DNA of 64,000 nucleotides from an uncultured Eubacteriales bacterium (GTDB lineage Bacteria; Bacillota; Clostridia; Oscillospirales; CAG-272), in contig CAKSDZ010000002.1 in the NCBI GenBank assembly GCA_934446365.1, positions 122,653 to 186,652 of the forward strand, in the 5' to 3' direction. The translations under genes were made by a program, and so were the position numbers. Positions 1 through 9,295 of this stretch are shown here, piece by piece (position 1 is the first letter of the stretch; every line of letters starts with the position of its first letter). The notes under the pieces are model-generated. The model was not told the origin of the DNA and ran no database searches. It was given only the letters and a program-made list of their open reading frames with translations.

Positions 1-978
1 GGCGGACGCTTCGGATTCCGTCGGCTCCGCCGGCATCTCCGGCGGAAATTCGTCCGGCATCGCGCTTTTCAGGGAGGCGATTGCCACCTCGATCTGACTT
101 TCGTCCGGCTCTCGGGTGGTAATGCGCTGCATCCAAAGCCCCGGCGCGGAAAGAATCCGAATCAACAGATTGTCATGCTTGCCGGCGTACATCAAAAATT
201 CAAAACCGATTCCGACCGTAAGCGGCAGCAGCAAAAGCTTGCATGCGGTTCTCGCAAATATATTCTCAAACGGGATGAAAAAGCCGATGATAATGCCGAT
301 AAGCAGCATGACGAACATAAAGCTCGTGCCGCAGCGCGGATGGAAGCGCCTCTGCTTTTTGACGTTCGCTACCGTCAGCTCTTCCCCGCTTTCATAGCAA
401 AAGATGGATTTGTGCTCCGCGCCGTGATATTCAAAGGTGCGGCGGATATCGGGCATGAGAGACACCAGCAGCATATAGCCGATGAAGATGATAATCCTGA
501 GCACGCCCTCGACCGCGCTCTTCCAAATGCCAAGCTCGCCGCCGAGCGCACTGCCGATGAGTTTTCCAAGCCATGTCGGCAAAAAAATGAAAATGGCAAC
601 TGCGAGAAGCACGCCGAGGACAATGGCAAACGGCATCAAAACGTCAAGCGCGGATTTTCCGAACTTCTTTTTCAGCCACTTCTCAAATTTTCCCTCTTCC
701 TCCTCGATTCCAAGCATATTCGCGGAATCGTTCATGGTGGAAAAGGACATTTTCATCGATTCGATAAAGGAAACCACGCCGCGGATAAGCGGCCAGCCCA
801 AGGGCTTATGCTTCTGCCTTGCGGACACAAATTTAGAGGTCTTTGTGCGGATGGTGCCGTCCATCGACCTCACGGAAACCGCGAGATTTTCTCCGCTGCG
901 CATCATCACGCCCTCGATCACCGCCTGCCCGCCGACCTTGCCAAGCCTCGGATTCTTTTCCTTGCATGATTGTTTCAT
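1..978 (-). CDS. DUF1385 (YqhQ-like) membrane protein; 3' end runs off the window
   Basis: Absent from the ORF track because it has no stop in the window. Manual translation from the ATG at 978 gives MKQSCKEKNPRLGKVGGQAVIEGVMMRSGENLAVSVRSMDG. GGQAVIEGVMMR is the DUF1385 signature. I checked codon by codon that the frame is open over bases 1-144. Confidence 0.75.
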   Translation of the reverse strand, partial: MKQSCKEKNPRLGKVGGQAVIEGVMMRSGENLAVSVRSMDGTIRTKTSKFVSARQKHKPLGWPLIRGVVSFIESMKMSFSTMNDSANMLGIEEEEGKFEKWLKKKFGKSALDVLMPFAIVLGVLLAVAIFIFLPTWLGKLIGSALGGELGIWKSAVEGVLRIIIFIGYMLLVSLMPDIRRTFEYHGAEHKSIFCYESGEELTVANVKKQRRFHPRCGTSFMFVMLLIGIIIGFFIPFENIFARTACKLLLLPLTVGIGFEFLMYAGKHDNLLIRILSAPGLWMQRITTREPDESQIEVAIASLKSAMPDEFPPEMPAEPTESEASA

Positions 979-1130
979 TGACAAAAACCTTTCCGGTTTC
1001 GATAAGGATACCTCAAACAAAATAAATTTTAAGCTCACATCCGCAAAATCCGCAAAAAAAGCAAGACCTGCGGCATGTTTTCTTTTATTATATCATAAGA
1101 TTGTTAACAATTAAATACTTTTTAAAATAA

Positions 1131-1155
1131 AAAACCGTCTGAACGACGGTTTTTT
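1131..1155 (-). terminator. Intrinsic terminator downstream of secG
   Basis: AAAACCGTC / GACGGTTTT hairpin (loop tgaac) flanked by A and T runs, directly after the secG stop. Confidence 0.6.
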
Positions 1156-1168
1156 CCATTTCTTTTTA

Positions 1169-1411
1169 TTAGGTGAACAGATAAGAGACAACGACAATAA
1201 CGACAAACACAATGGCTACAATCGTCGTCATTTTAGATAAAAACTTACCCTTGCCCGCATTCTTGCCGTTCCGACCGAGATACGTGTCGGTTCCGCCTGC
1301 AATCGCACCGGAAAGACCGCGTTTTTTCTTATCCTGCAACATGACAACAACAATCAAAAACAGCGATGCCGCAAGCAAAATAGCACCGAGAACAATCTGT
1401 AAAACGCTCAT
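1169..1411 (-). CDS. secG: Preprotein translocase subunit SecG
   Basis: MSVLQIVLGAILLAASLFLIVVVMLQ..., a small two-TM protein. Start moved to the ATG at 1411, preceded by AAAGGAAG. Confidence 0.85.
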   Translation of the reverse strand: MSVLQIVLGAILLAASLFLIVVVMLQDKKKRGLSGAIAGGTDTYLGRNGKNAGKGKFLSKMTTIVAIVFVVIVVVSYLFT

Positions 1412-1652
1412 TTCAATCTTCCTTTCCGGCGGATATTCCAGTTTCCGCACGCCCGCCGACTCTTCGGTGCGGACCCTCTTGATTCAAGCATAAATTCCAT
1501 CAATTTATGATAGCTATGGAGAATTATAGCACAAAAAAAAGGAAATTGCAATAGGTTTCGATAATTTTTACACATTTTCTGCCGCCGATTTTTCCGAGAT
1601 CAAAAGCGCGGCTCCTCTCCAAGACAGAGACAGCAAATCAAAAGCTGCGCCT

Positions 1653-2258
1653 TCACCGGCGGATATATCCCTTTTCGACGCCTTCCTCCACCATAGCGCA
1701 AACGGTATCCCAAAGCGCGGGAATCGCCTCGCGGATCGGTCCGACTCTGCGGTACACCGCGGCGGAATCGACGTTTCCCATCCGCCACGTGTGTCCCTCG
1801 TTGAGGTGATTGGCAAGCAAAGGCTGCAAACGGTCGAGCGCCGCCGCAAAGGAGGCATCCGCCGTCCTTCCCTCGTCAAATTCCTCCCAAAGGGCGCGGA
1901 GCGCCGCGCCCTCCGGAATCATCGCAAATATTTTGTCCGCAGCGGCCTCTTCCCGCTCCTTTTGACCAGCCGTCGCCGCCGCGTCGAAGGCGAACGTGTC
2001 GCCCGCATACACCTCGACAAGGTCATGAATGAGCGTCATTTTCAGAACGCGCTCCATGTTCACCGGCCGCGCCGCATAGCGCGCCAGCGCAAGCGCCATA
2101 ACCGAAAGATGCCACGAATGCTCCGCATCGTTCTCATAATGTGAGCCGTCATACGTCAGGGAACGGCGCTGAATGCTTTTCATTTTGTCGATCTCGACGA
2201 TAAAATCAAGCGCTTCCGAAGCACCGTCCGTCATACCGATTTTCTCCGCTGCGCTCAT
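1653..2258 (-). CDS. HD-domain phosphohydrolase (YfbR-like 5'-deoxynucleotidase family)
   Basis: AEHSWHLSVMALAL ... LIHDLVEVYAGD gives the H..HD..D metal-binding pattern. The start overlaps the SDR stop by 4 nt. Confidence 0.75.
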   Translation of the reverse strand: MSAAEKIGMTDGASEALDFIVEIDKMKSIQRRSLTYDGSHYENDAEHSWHLSVMALALARYAARPVNMERVLKMTLIHDLVEVYAGDTFAFDAAATAGQKEREEAAADKIFAMIPEGAALRALWEEFDEGRTADASFAAALDRLQPLLANHLNEGHTWRMGNVDSAAVYRRVGPIREAIPALWDTVCAMVEEGVEKGYIRR

Positions 2259-3121
2259 ACGCCGGAATAAGCCGCAAAACCGCCGTCCACCGGAACGACG
2301 ACGCCGTTGACAAAGCCGGACGCCGCGTTGTCACAGAGCCAAAGGAGCGTTCCCGTCAGGTCCTCCGGCGTTCCGAATTTACCCATCGGCGTGTGCGCGA
2401 TGATTTTTTCCGCACGCGCGGTATAAGAACCGTCGGGATTCAGCAGCAGCGAGGTATTCTGATTGGTGATGAAAAATCCGGGCGCAATCGCGTTGACGCG
2501 AATGCCCACCTTCGCGAAGTGAACGGCGAGCCACTGCGTAAAATTGGAGACCGCCGCTTTCGCACCGGAATACGCCGGAATCCTCGTCAGCGGACGGAAG
2601 CTGTTCATGCTGGAAACATTGATAATCGTCGAGCCGGGCTTTTTCGCCATATCGATTGCAAAAACCTGCGTCGGAATCAGCGTGCCGAGGAAGTTGAGGT
2701 TGAACACAAACTCGATGCCCGCGGGATCGAGATCGAAAAACGTCTTGACACCCTCGACCGCGCCGTCGAGGTCTGCCGGTTCAAGATAATCCTTTGTCGT
2801 CGTGCCGCGGGGATTGTTCCCGCCCGCGCCGTTGAGCAGAATGTCGCAGGTTCCGAGCTTCTCCGCAATCTCCTTTTTGGCAGCCTCCATCGAATCGCGT
2901 TCGAGCACATTGGCGGCAACGCCGATGGCGTTTCCTCCGTCCTCACGGATTTCCCTTGCAACCTGCTCCGCGGCGTCCAGTCTGAGGTCACAGACCGCGA
3001 CACCCGCGCCGCATGCGGCCAGCGTCTTGGCAAAGCCGGAGCAAAGCACGCCGCCTCCCCCCGTGACGACCGCGACCTTTCCCTTCAAATCGATTTCAAA
3101 CGGAAGCTTCATCTTCTTCAC
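2255..3121 (-). CDS. SDR-family oxidoreductase
   Basis: KGKVAVVTGGGGVLCSGFAKTLA Rossmann motif, plus the YSGAKAAV catalytic Y-x3-K. Confidence 0.85.
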   Translation of the reverse strand: MKKMKLPFEIDLKGKVAVVTGGGGVLCSGFAKTLAACGAGVAVCDLRLDAAEQVAREIREDGGNAIGVAANVLERDSMEAAKKEIAEKLGTCDILLNGAGGNNPRGTTTKDYLEPADLDGAVEGVKTFFDLDPAGIEFVFNLNFLGTLIPTQVFAIDMAKKPGSTIINVSSMNSFRPLTRIPAYSGAKAAVSNFTQWLAVHFAKVGIRVNAIAPGFFITNQNTSLLLNPDGSYTARAEKIIAHTPMGKFGTPEDLTGTLLWLCDNAASGFVNGVVVPVDGGFAAYSGV

Positions 3122-3163
3122 CCTTTCCGCATAAAAAGCGGAATATCCTTTCTTTTTATACTT

Positions 3164-3811
3164 TTATATAAATGATTTTATGATTTTGTATAAGTCTTCG
3201 GCATCCCCCGCCACATAGGCGGCGCCCGCTTTTTTGAGGACATCCTCGCCGCGGTACCCCCAAGAAACGCCGATGGGAAGCATTCCGGCGTTTTTCGCCG
3301 TCATCATATCGACGTCGGCATCGCCAATGAGCGTCGTCTCCTCCGGCTTCACATCAAAATTCTCAACAATCATAAAAGCCCGCGCCGGATTCGGCTTCAC
3401 CGGTACCTCCTTGACAGCCCCCCATATCGCATCAAAGGCACCCGGAAAAAGCGCTTCGGTCATCTCGCCGACATGCTCATGCTCCTTATTGGACAGTACA
3501 GCAAGCTTTATCCCCAACGCACGAAGCTTCGCCAGCAGCTCAGCAATACCGTCATATGCAGTCGTTTTATCAAAATAATGCTCGGCATAGGCGCTAAAAT
3601 AGGCTTCGGTCGCCTCATTCATGCGTACCTCATCAAAATCATCCGGCAAACACAGCCGAATAAAGCCTGCGTTATACACCGCATCAAGAACTTCCTTTTC
3701 CGTAATCGGCTCATATCCCAAACATGCGCGCATCAAGTTTACAGAAGTATGCCAATCCGGCAGCGTATTGGCCAACGTTCCGTCAAAATCAAAAATTGCC
3801 GCTTTTATCAT
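3164..3811 (-). CDS. HAD-superfamily hydrolase (phosphoglycolate phosphatase-like), paralog 1
   Basis: MIKAAIFDFDGTLANT (DxDGT motif) and GDADVDMMTAKNAG (motif IV). ATG at 3811 lies behind AAGGAG. Confidence 0.85.
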   Translation of the reverse strand: MIKAAIFDFDGTLANTLPDWHTSVNLMRACLGYEPITEKEVLDAVYNAGFIRLCLPDDFDEVRMNEATEAYFSAYAEHYFDKTTAYDGIAELLAKLRALGIKLAVLSNKEHEHVGEMTEALFPGAFDAIWGAVKEVPVKPNPARAFMIVENFDVKPEETTLIGDADVDMMTAKNAGMLPIGVSWGYRGEDVLKKAGAAYVAGDAEDLYKIIKSFI

Positions 3812-4063
3812 CAGCAATATCTCCTTATATGCGATTTCAGCTCCCTTTCAATATCTTCTCCGAAAACGGCACAATCCCTTTCAGCTAACGAAAACAATGT
3901 AAAAGCTTTTATATTTTCTGCTTAGCATCTGTTGGCCGCAATGTTTGAATACGGTACCAAGATTTATGTAGAAAACCATCATACTTTCATCCCATTATGG
4001 CAATAGCGCATTTTATATTTTCACCATTTCCATACATAAGGAGAATTTTCGGTTGCCATGCTT

Positions 4064-4717
4064 TTATATGATGGCTTTTGTAATCCTATACAATTCCTCC
4101 GAGTTAGCTGCCACATAGGCAGCGCCCGCTTTTTTGAGGACATCCTCGCTGCGGTACCCCCAAGAAACGCCGATGGGAAGCATTCCGGCGTTTTTCGCCG
4201 TCATCATATCGACGTCGGAATCCCCGACAAATGCCACCTCCTCCGGTTTCACGCCGAAATCCCGTGCGATCATAAAGGCACGGGCAGGGTCCGGCTTTAC
4301 CGGCACGCCTTCCACCGTTCCCCATATCGCGTCGAACGCGCCCGGAAAAAGTGTCTCGGTCATCTCGCCGACATGCTCGTTGTCCTTATTGGACATGACG
4401 GCAAGCCGGATGCCGTCCGCCCGAAGTCTTGCCAAAAGGCCGGCAACGCCCTCATACGGCGCCGTTTTGTCGAGATAATATTTGGCGTATGCGGCAAAAT
4501 AAGCCTCCACGGCCTCGTCCATACGCGCCTCGTCAAAATCGTCCGGCAGGCAAAGCCGGATAAACCGCACCGTCGCGTTGTTCACCGCGTGCAGGACTTC
4601 CTTTTCCGTAATCGGCTCATATCCGAAATGCGCGCGCATCAGGTTCAGCGAGGTACACAGGTCCGGCAGCGTATTGGCCAGCGTTCCGTCAAAATCAAAA
4701 ATTGCCGCTTTTATCAT
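4064..4717 (-). CDS. HAD-superfamily hydrolase, paralog 2 (tandem duplicate)
   Basis: MIKAAIFDFDGTLANTLPDL ... GDSDVDMMTAKNAGMLPIGVSWGYR. Collinear with the 3164-3811 product. ATG at 4717. Confidence 0.85.
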   Translation of the reverse strand: MIKAAIFDFDGTLANTLPDLCTSLNLMRAHFGYEPITEKEVLHAVNNATVRFIRLCLPDDFDEARMDEAVEAYFAAYAKYYLDKTAPYEGVAGLLARLRADGIRLAVMSNKDNEHVGEMTETLFPGAFDAIWGTVEGVPVKPDPARAFMIARDFGVKPEEVAFVGDSDVDMMTAKNAGMLPIGVSWGYRSEDVLKKAGAAYVAANSEELYRITKAII

Positions 4718-4913
4718 CGTTTCATTTTCCTTATATAATCGGTATTTCCGTATTATTGTACCAAACAACCGCATATTTGTCCATAGAAAATGAAAAAAAT
4801 ATTTGAAAAGTTCTCTTTTGGAGCGCATCCGAACATCGGATTCATTGACTTTATTGCCCGAATATGTTATATTGATAGATAAATTCGGCAGCAGCCGGTA
4901 CAGGGAGGCAGCA

Positions 4914-5576
4914 ATGGCAGAAGCAAAAACCTATTTCGCGGAATTTCCGGCGCTTTCGGACAGCGCCGCCATCGAGAATAGAATCCATGAAGTGTCAGAA
5001 GCGCGCCGGGAGCGCATCCGGACGGCCAAAAGACCGGAAACCCAAGCATCTCTGCTCGCGGCCGGCCTGATTCTCAACGCGGTCATGAAAAAGGAATTTG
5101 GGCTGTCGGAGTTCAAAATCGAAATCGGAGAGCACGGAAAGCCGTATCTTGCCGACCACAGGGAGATTCATTTCAACCTTTCCCACAGCGCGGCGGTCGT
5201 CGCATGCACCGTCTCCGATGTGGAATGCGGCGTCGATGTCGAAAAAATCGAGGCTTCGCACAACATGATGGGCATCGCCAACCGGTTCTTTTCCCTGCCC
5301 GAATATAACGCGATGCTGCTGTCGCAGAATCCGAAAGAGGCATTCTGCCGGCTGTGGACGCTGCGGGAAAGCTATGTCAAAATGCGCGGAATGGGCTTCG
5401 ATATCGGACTTTCCACGCTCCGCTGCGATTTCCACCGCGGCGTATGCTCGATTTACCAAGACGGAATTTTGCAGACCGACGCATTTTTCCATGAGTTCCG
5501 CAACATTTACGGCTATCGCGGCGCAGTATGCACCGCGAAGGAAGCCACACATGAAATCAGCCGGATTGAAATTTGA
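4914..5576 (+). CDS. 4'-phosphopantetheinyl transferase (Sfp type)
   Basis: GKPYL...FNLSHS...GVDVEKI...WTLRESYVKMRGMG motifs. ATG at 4914 follows GGGAGG. Confidence 0.8.
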   Translation: MAEAKTYFAEFPALSDSAAIENRIHEVSEARRERIRTAKRPETQASLLAAGLILNAVMKKEFGLSEFKIEIGEHGKPYLADHREIHFNLSHSAAVVACTVSDVECGVDVEKIEASHNMMGIANRFFSLPEYNAMLLSQNPKEAFCRLWTLRESYVKMRGMGFDIGLSTLRCDFHRGVCSIYQDGILQTDAFFHEFRNIYGYRGAVCTAKEATHEISRIEI

Positions 5577-5643
5577 ACGTCAAGCCGCGAAAAGCGCCGG
5601 ATCCCCGCACGTCTTTCCTTTTACAGAAGCATAAACCAACAGC

Positions 5644-5686
5644 AAAACGGAAGCTCCTTATTTTGATAAGGCGCTTCCGTTTTTTC
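5644..5686 (+). terminator. Intrinsic terminator after the PPTase gene
   Basis: ACGGAAGC...GCTTCCGT stem with inner CCTTA/TAAGG, followed by TTTTTT. Confidence 0.75.
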
Positions 5687-5689
5687 GGG

Positions 5690-5720
5690 AAAAAGAACGT
5701 CCGCCGCAAGCGGCGGATGC
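5690..5720 (-). terminator. Probable terminator of the ECF S-component gene
   Basis: TCCGCCGC-tt-GCGGCGGA hairpin followed on the minus strand by CGTTCTTTTT. Confidence 0.55.
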
Positions 5721-5726
5721 GTGTTT

Positions 5727-6302
5727 TTAATCTCTCAGATATTTCTTCTGCAGCATATCCGCCACCTTGGCCAGCAAAGCGACGATAATCATGGAGGCGA
5801 TGCCGCTGACAAGCATGGACAGTGCGCATCCGATCGACGCGACAATGACCACCTCGCGTTCATATTTCAGCACATATATCTTGAACAGATAACGGATAAC
5901 AGGCTCCGTCAGCACGTTGACCACCGTGGAAAGCGCCGCGACTGCGGCATATCTCCCGATAAGCCCTCCTGCGGAGATTTCCGTTTTTCTGCGAAACAGA
6001 AGTCCCGCAAAAAATCCCGCGGCCATGCCGAGAATCGCTTTTGCAATCAGCGTCGGAAAAGCGGAGGTGAAATATCCCGTAAGTAAATCGGACAGCATAA
6101 GGCCGACGCCGCCCACCGCCGCGCCGTAAACGGGTCCCAGCATGATTCCCGCAAGAATGACAAAAGCGTGACCGACATATATTTTTCCCGTACTATCGCC
6201 GATCGGGATTTCGAGCCGCAGATAGTCAAAGCAAATCAGCGCAAGCGCGGCAAGCATCGCGGCAATCACAAGTCGGCGCAGATAAAGTTTTCTTTTGTTC
6301 AC
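5727..6302 (-). CDS. ECF-transporter S component-like membrane protein (substrate unknown)
   Basis: 191 aa with about six hydrophobic helices; composition and size are typical of ECF S subunits. GTG start behind GGGAGGAG. Confidence 0.55.
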   Translation of the reverse strand: MNKRKLYLRRLVIAAMLAALALICFDYLRLEIPIGDSTGKIYVGHAFVILAGIMLGPVYGAAVGGVGLMLSDLLTGYFTSAFPTLIAKAILGMAAGFFAGLLFRRKTEISAGGLIGRYAAVAALSTVVNVLTEPVIRYLFKIYVLKYEREVVIVASIGCALSMLVSGIASMIIVALLAKVADMLQKKYLRD

Positions 6303-6379
6303 AGTAAGCTCCTCCCGGGCGGCTGTCAGAGCACGCTGCCGCCCGCACTTGATTTTTAGGATGATATGGAGTATACTGC

Positions 6380-6409
6380 AATATTGGATATAGAAAAATA
6401 TCCAATATT
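6380..6409. promoter_or_regulatory. Perfect 12-bp inverted repeat; candidate MocR operator
   Basis: AATATTGGATAT (6380-6391), 6-nt spacer, ATATCCAATATT (6398-6409), in the divergent intergenic region. Confidence 0.45.
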
Positions 6410-6453
6410 ATATTATTTTATCATACCAGATTTCAAAATCAGGAGAGTCGGTC

Positions 6454-7869
6454 ATGCTCACTTATATCTTGGAAAAAAAGAAAGGCGAGGCGCTTTATCG
6501 CTCGCTGTATCAGAAAATAAAGGAGGATATCGTCTCCGGCAGGCTCCGCTCCGGCGAAAAGCTGCCCTCAAAGCGAGCAATGGCGGAGCATCTCGGCGTC
6601 AGCTGCATCACGGTCGAAAACGCATACGAACAGCTCATTGCCGAAGGATATCTCCGTCCCGCGCAAAGAAAAGGATATTTTGTCGAGGAAATCCTGCCGT
6701 ATCCGCATCCGGCGGCAAAGCCGGTGCGGCATCTGCCGGAGGGCTGCGAAAAGCCGTCGGAAAGCTCCGATGTTCCGGTCGAGCTGGACCTTGCGGACAC
6801 CTCGGCAGACCCCGCCCGCTTCCCTTTCTCCATATGGATCAAGCTTTTGCGGCGGGTAACGCTCGACTGCCAAAAGGCGCTTTTGCGTCCGGTTCCGTAC
6901 AACGGGATTCCGGAGCTGCGGGAGGTCATCGCGGAGGATATCCGCCGCTCCCGCGGCATCGAAGCCTCGCCGGAACAAATCGTGCTGGGCGCCGGCACGG
7001 AATCCCTCTACAATTTATTGCTTCTCTTTTTCGGAAAGGAGAAGCGGTACGCGATCGAGAACCCCGGTTATCCGAAAATCCGAAAAATCTATCGGGCGGC
7101 AGGCGCGGATATCCGCGGAATTCCGCTCGACGATTCCGGCGTGAGCTTGGAAGCGCTGAACGAATCGGATGCCGATATCCTGCATATCTCGCCTTCCCAT
7201 CATTTTCCGACCGGAATCGTCATGCCCGCAAAACGGCGGCATGAGCTTTACGGCTGGGCGATGGAAAAGAAAGAGCGCTATATCATAGAGGACGATTATG
7301 ATTCCGAATTCGGATATTATGCGAAGCCCATTCCCGCGATACGAAGCATCGACCGCTCGGGGAAAATTCTCTATATGAATACCTTCACCAAAACGCTCGC
7401 GCCGTCCCTCCGTATCAGCTATATGGTGCTGCCGGAGGAAATCGCGAAAGCCTTTCGGGAAAAGCTCGGCTTCTTTTCCTGTCCGGTGCCGAGCTTTGAA
7501 CAATATACCCTCGCTTCTTTTATCGCGGAGGGCTATTTCGACCGACACATCAGCCGCATGCGCAAATATTACAGAGAGGTTCGCAGGCTTTTGACGGACG
7601 GACTTGGCGGCGCCGTTTCCTCAGGGAAAATTCAAATACGCGGAAAGGATTCCGGTCTGCATTTTCTCATGACGGTCGATACCACGCGTTCCGACGCGGA
7701 GCTATGCCGCCTCTTTCGAGGGCATGGCGTCAAAATCCGGGCGCTTTCGGAATTTATGTTCGAGAAAAAAAGCGATACGCACACGCTTCTTGTCAACGAT
7801 TCGTCTCTTTCGCCGGAGAGTGCCGCGGGAGCGGCGAAAAAAATTCTCGAATGCCTTTCCGACTGCTGA
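6454..7869 (+). CDS. MocR/PdxR-type regulator (GntR HTH fused to an aminotransferase-like PLP domain)
   Basis: N-terminus: YRSLYQKIKEDIVSGRLRSGEKLPSKRAMAEHLGVSCITVENAYEQLIAEGYL. This is followed by a ~350-aa fold-type I aminotransferase-like domain. Confidence 0.9.
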   Translation: MLTYILEKKKGEALYRSLYQKIKEDIVSGRLRSGEKLPSKRAMAEHLGVSCITVENAYEQLIAEGYLRPAQRKGYFVEEILPYPHPAAKPVRHLPEGCEKPSESSDVPVELDLADTSADPARFPFSIWIKLLRRVTLDCQKALLRPVPYNGIPELREVIAEDIRRSRGIEASPEQIVLGAGTESLYNLLLLFFGKEKRYAIENPGYPKIRKIYRAAGADIRGIPLDDSGVSLEALNESDADILHISPSHHFPTGIVMPAKRRHELYGWAMEKKERYIIEDDYDSEFGYYAKPIPAIRSIDRSGKILYMNTFTKTLAPSLRISYMVLPEEIAKAFREKLGFFSCPVPSFEQYTLASFIAEGYFDRHISRMRKYYREVRRLLTDGLGGAVSSGKIQIRGKDSGLHFLMTVDTTRSDAELCRLFRGHGVKIRALSEFMFEKKSDTHTLLVNDSSLSPESAAGAAKKILECLSDC

Positions 7870-7962
7870 ACATGCCCTTGCACGGAATACCGTCCGCCAA
7901 AAGGCGGAACCGCTACGGAAAAGCGTCTTGCACAAAAACAAAATTCCCCGATCAATCGCGTG

Positions 7963-8073
7963 TTCCATAGGGATTTTTCAGACGACGTAAAAGACTAACA
8001 AAATTTTCTTTGTTAGTCTTTATTTTTGTTTTGCAAATCACACACCTTTGCTCGCAAAGCATAGTGTGCTACC
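7963..8073 (+). repeat. ~110-bp conserved module, copy 1 (homologous to 45812-45925 in inverse orientation)
   Basis: By-eye alignment: TTCCATAGGGATTT, a 13-bp-stem hairpin (7990-8021), TTTTTGTTTTGCAAATCACACAC, hairpin CTTTGC/GCAAAG, then CATAGTGTGCTAC. Confidence 0.7.
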
Positions 8074-8108
8074 CTTTGAACAAGTAGTTGTTAAAACTAC
8101 ATTTATCT

Positions 8109-9152
8109 TTAATCAGTATAGGTGAAAAGCTCCCAAGGGATATCGACTTGTTTTTTCTCGCTTAAAATTTCATCAATATGTAATAATAATGGAAAATCTT
8201 CCTTTTTAAGAGTACCCTTTTTAATATTGATTTTTATTGCCTTTGCAACTCTTACGGCAACCACTAAAGATTCAAGCGTAACGCCTTTTAATTCTGCTTT
8301 TGCTTGGTCAATATCAAGGCCTTTTCCAAGCAAAACGCCGACAAGTCTTGTTCTGCCACCGTAAACGGTAACGTATAAATCGCCAACTCCTACGCAAAGG
8401 TTATTCAACGAGAGTGCATTTTGGAATTGTAAAAGTTTATACATTTCTTTTGTCGCTTGACCAAAAACAGCCGCTTGAGAGTTAAAATGTAAGGTATTGT
8501 CTTTGAAATTCTTTTGGTTTAATCCAATCGTAAGTGCTATACCTAACGCATATCCGTTTTTAAGAGCAACAGCGCTTTCAATTCCTACGACGTCGGTCGT
8601 GATACTTATATGGTAATAATCCGTTTGCATTATTTCTTTTAAGTATTGCAATACTTTTATATCATCGCCACAAAAAGTAACTTCGGTTTGGTCGTGCACC
8701 ACCAATTCATAGCTTGTACAAGGCCCGCCGATTGCATTAAGCGAAAGAGATTTATTGATGGATTTTAGTTTCTCTTTCCAAAAGCTTGGATAAGTGAATA
8801 ATTTCCCGTCGGGTGTATCTATAAGCCCTTTTGTAACGGTAAGTACTACTGCGGTTTCGGGGATAACGGGCAAAACCTTATCTGCAAACCAATCTACACC
8901 AAAGCTGCTAACGCCGCCAATAACGACGTTTGCGCCAACCAACGCCTTTTCTAACTCTTCAATTTGAAAAAATTCTATTCCCTTTGGGAATGGGATATCA
9001 AATTTAGGATGTTTATTATTTTGTAAACATTCATCGATTATTTCTCTATCCAAGTGCGTCCCAACGATTCTTACTGTGTGTCCGTTTTCTCTTGCGGGAA
9101 ATGCAAGTGCCGACCCCATCATACCCGCGCCAACTATCGTTACAATTGCCAT
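8109..9152 (-). CDS. NAD(P)-dependent glycerol-3-phosphate dehydrogenase-family protein, in an AT-rich island
   Basis: MAIVTIVGAGMMGSALAF Rossmann start and GpsA-like length. Codon usage and GC are clearly unlike the flanking DNA. Confidence 0.7.
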   Translation of the reverse strand: MAIVTIVGAGMMGSALAFPARENGHTVRIVGTHLDREIIDECLQNNKHPKFDIPFPKGIEFFQIEELEKALVGANVVIGGVSSFGVDWFADKVLPVIPETAVVLTVTKGLIDTPDGKLFTYPSFWKEKLKSINKSLSLNAIGGPCTSYELVVHDQTEVTFCGDDIKVLQYLKEIMQTDYYHISITTDVVGIESAVALKNGYALGIALTIGLNQKNFKDNTLHFNSQAAVFGQATKEMYKLLQFQNALSLNNLCVGVGDLYVTVYGGRTRLVGVLLGKGLDIDQAKAELKGVTLESLVVAVRVAKAIKINIKKGTLKKEDFPLLLHIDEILSEKKQVDIPWELFTYTD

Positions 9153-9295
9153 AAATACTCCTTATAATAAAATGAAAAATTTGAAAATTGTGATATAATC
9201 ATACTATATATTGAACACGAAATCAAGCAGTTTTTTTGTGGCGCAGTTTTTGAAAGATTTTCAAACTTTGCCAAAAGGAGAGTTTATGACTTTAT

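Noticed and set aside
7948-7953. CCGATC occurs on both sides of island 1 (7948-7953 and 9453-9458); possible target-site duplication.
   Set aside because: The left copy is 9 nt away from the module end rather than abutting it. A 6-mer match in GC-rich DNA is expected by chance.
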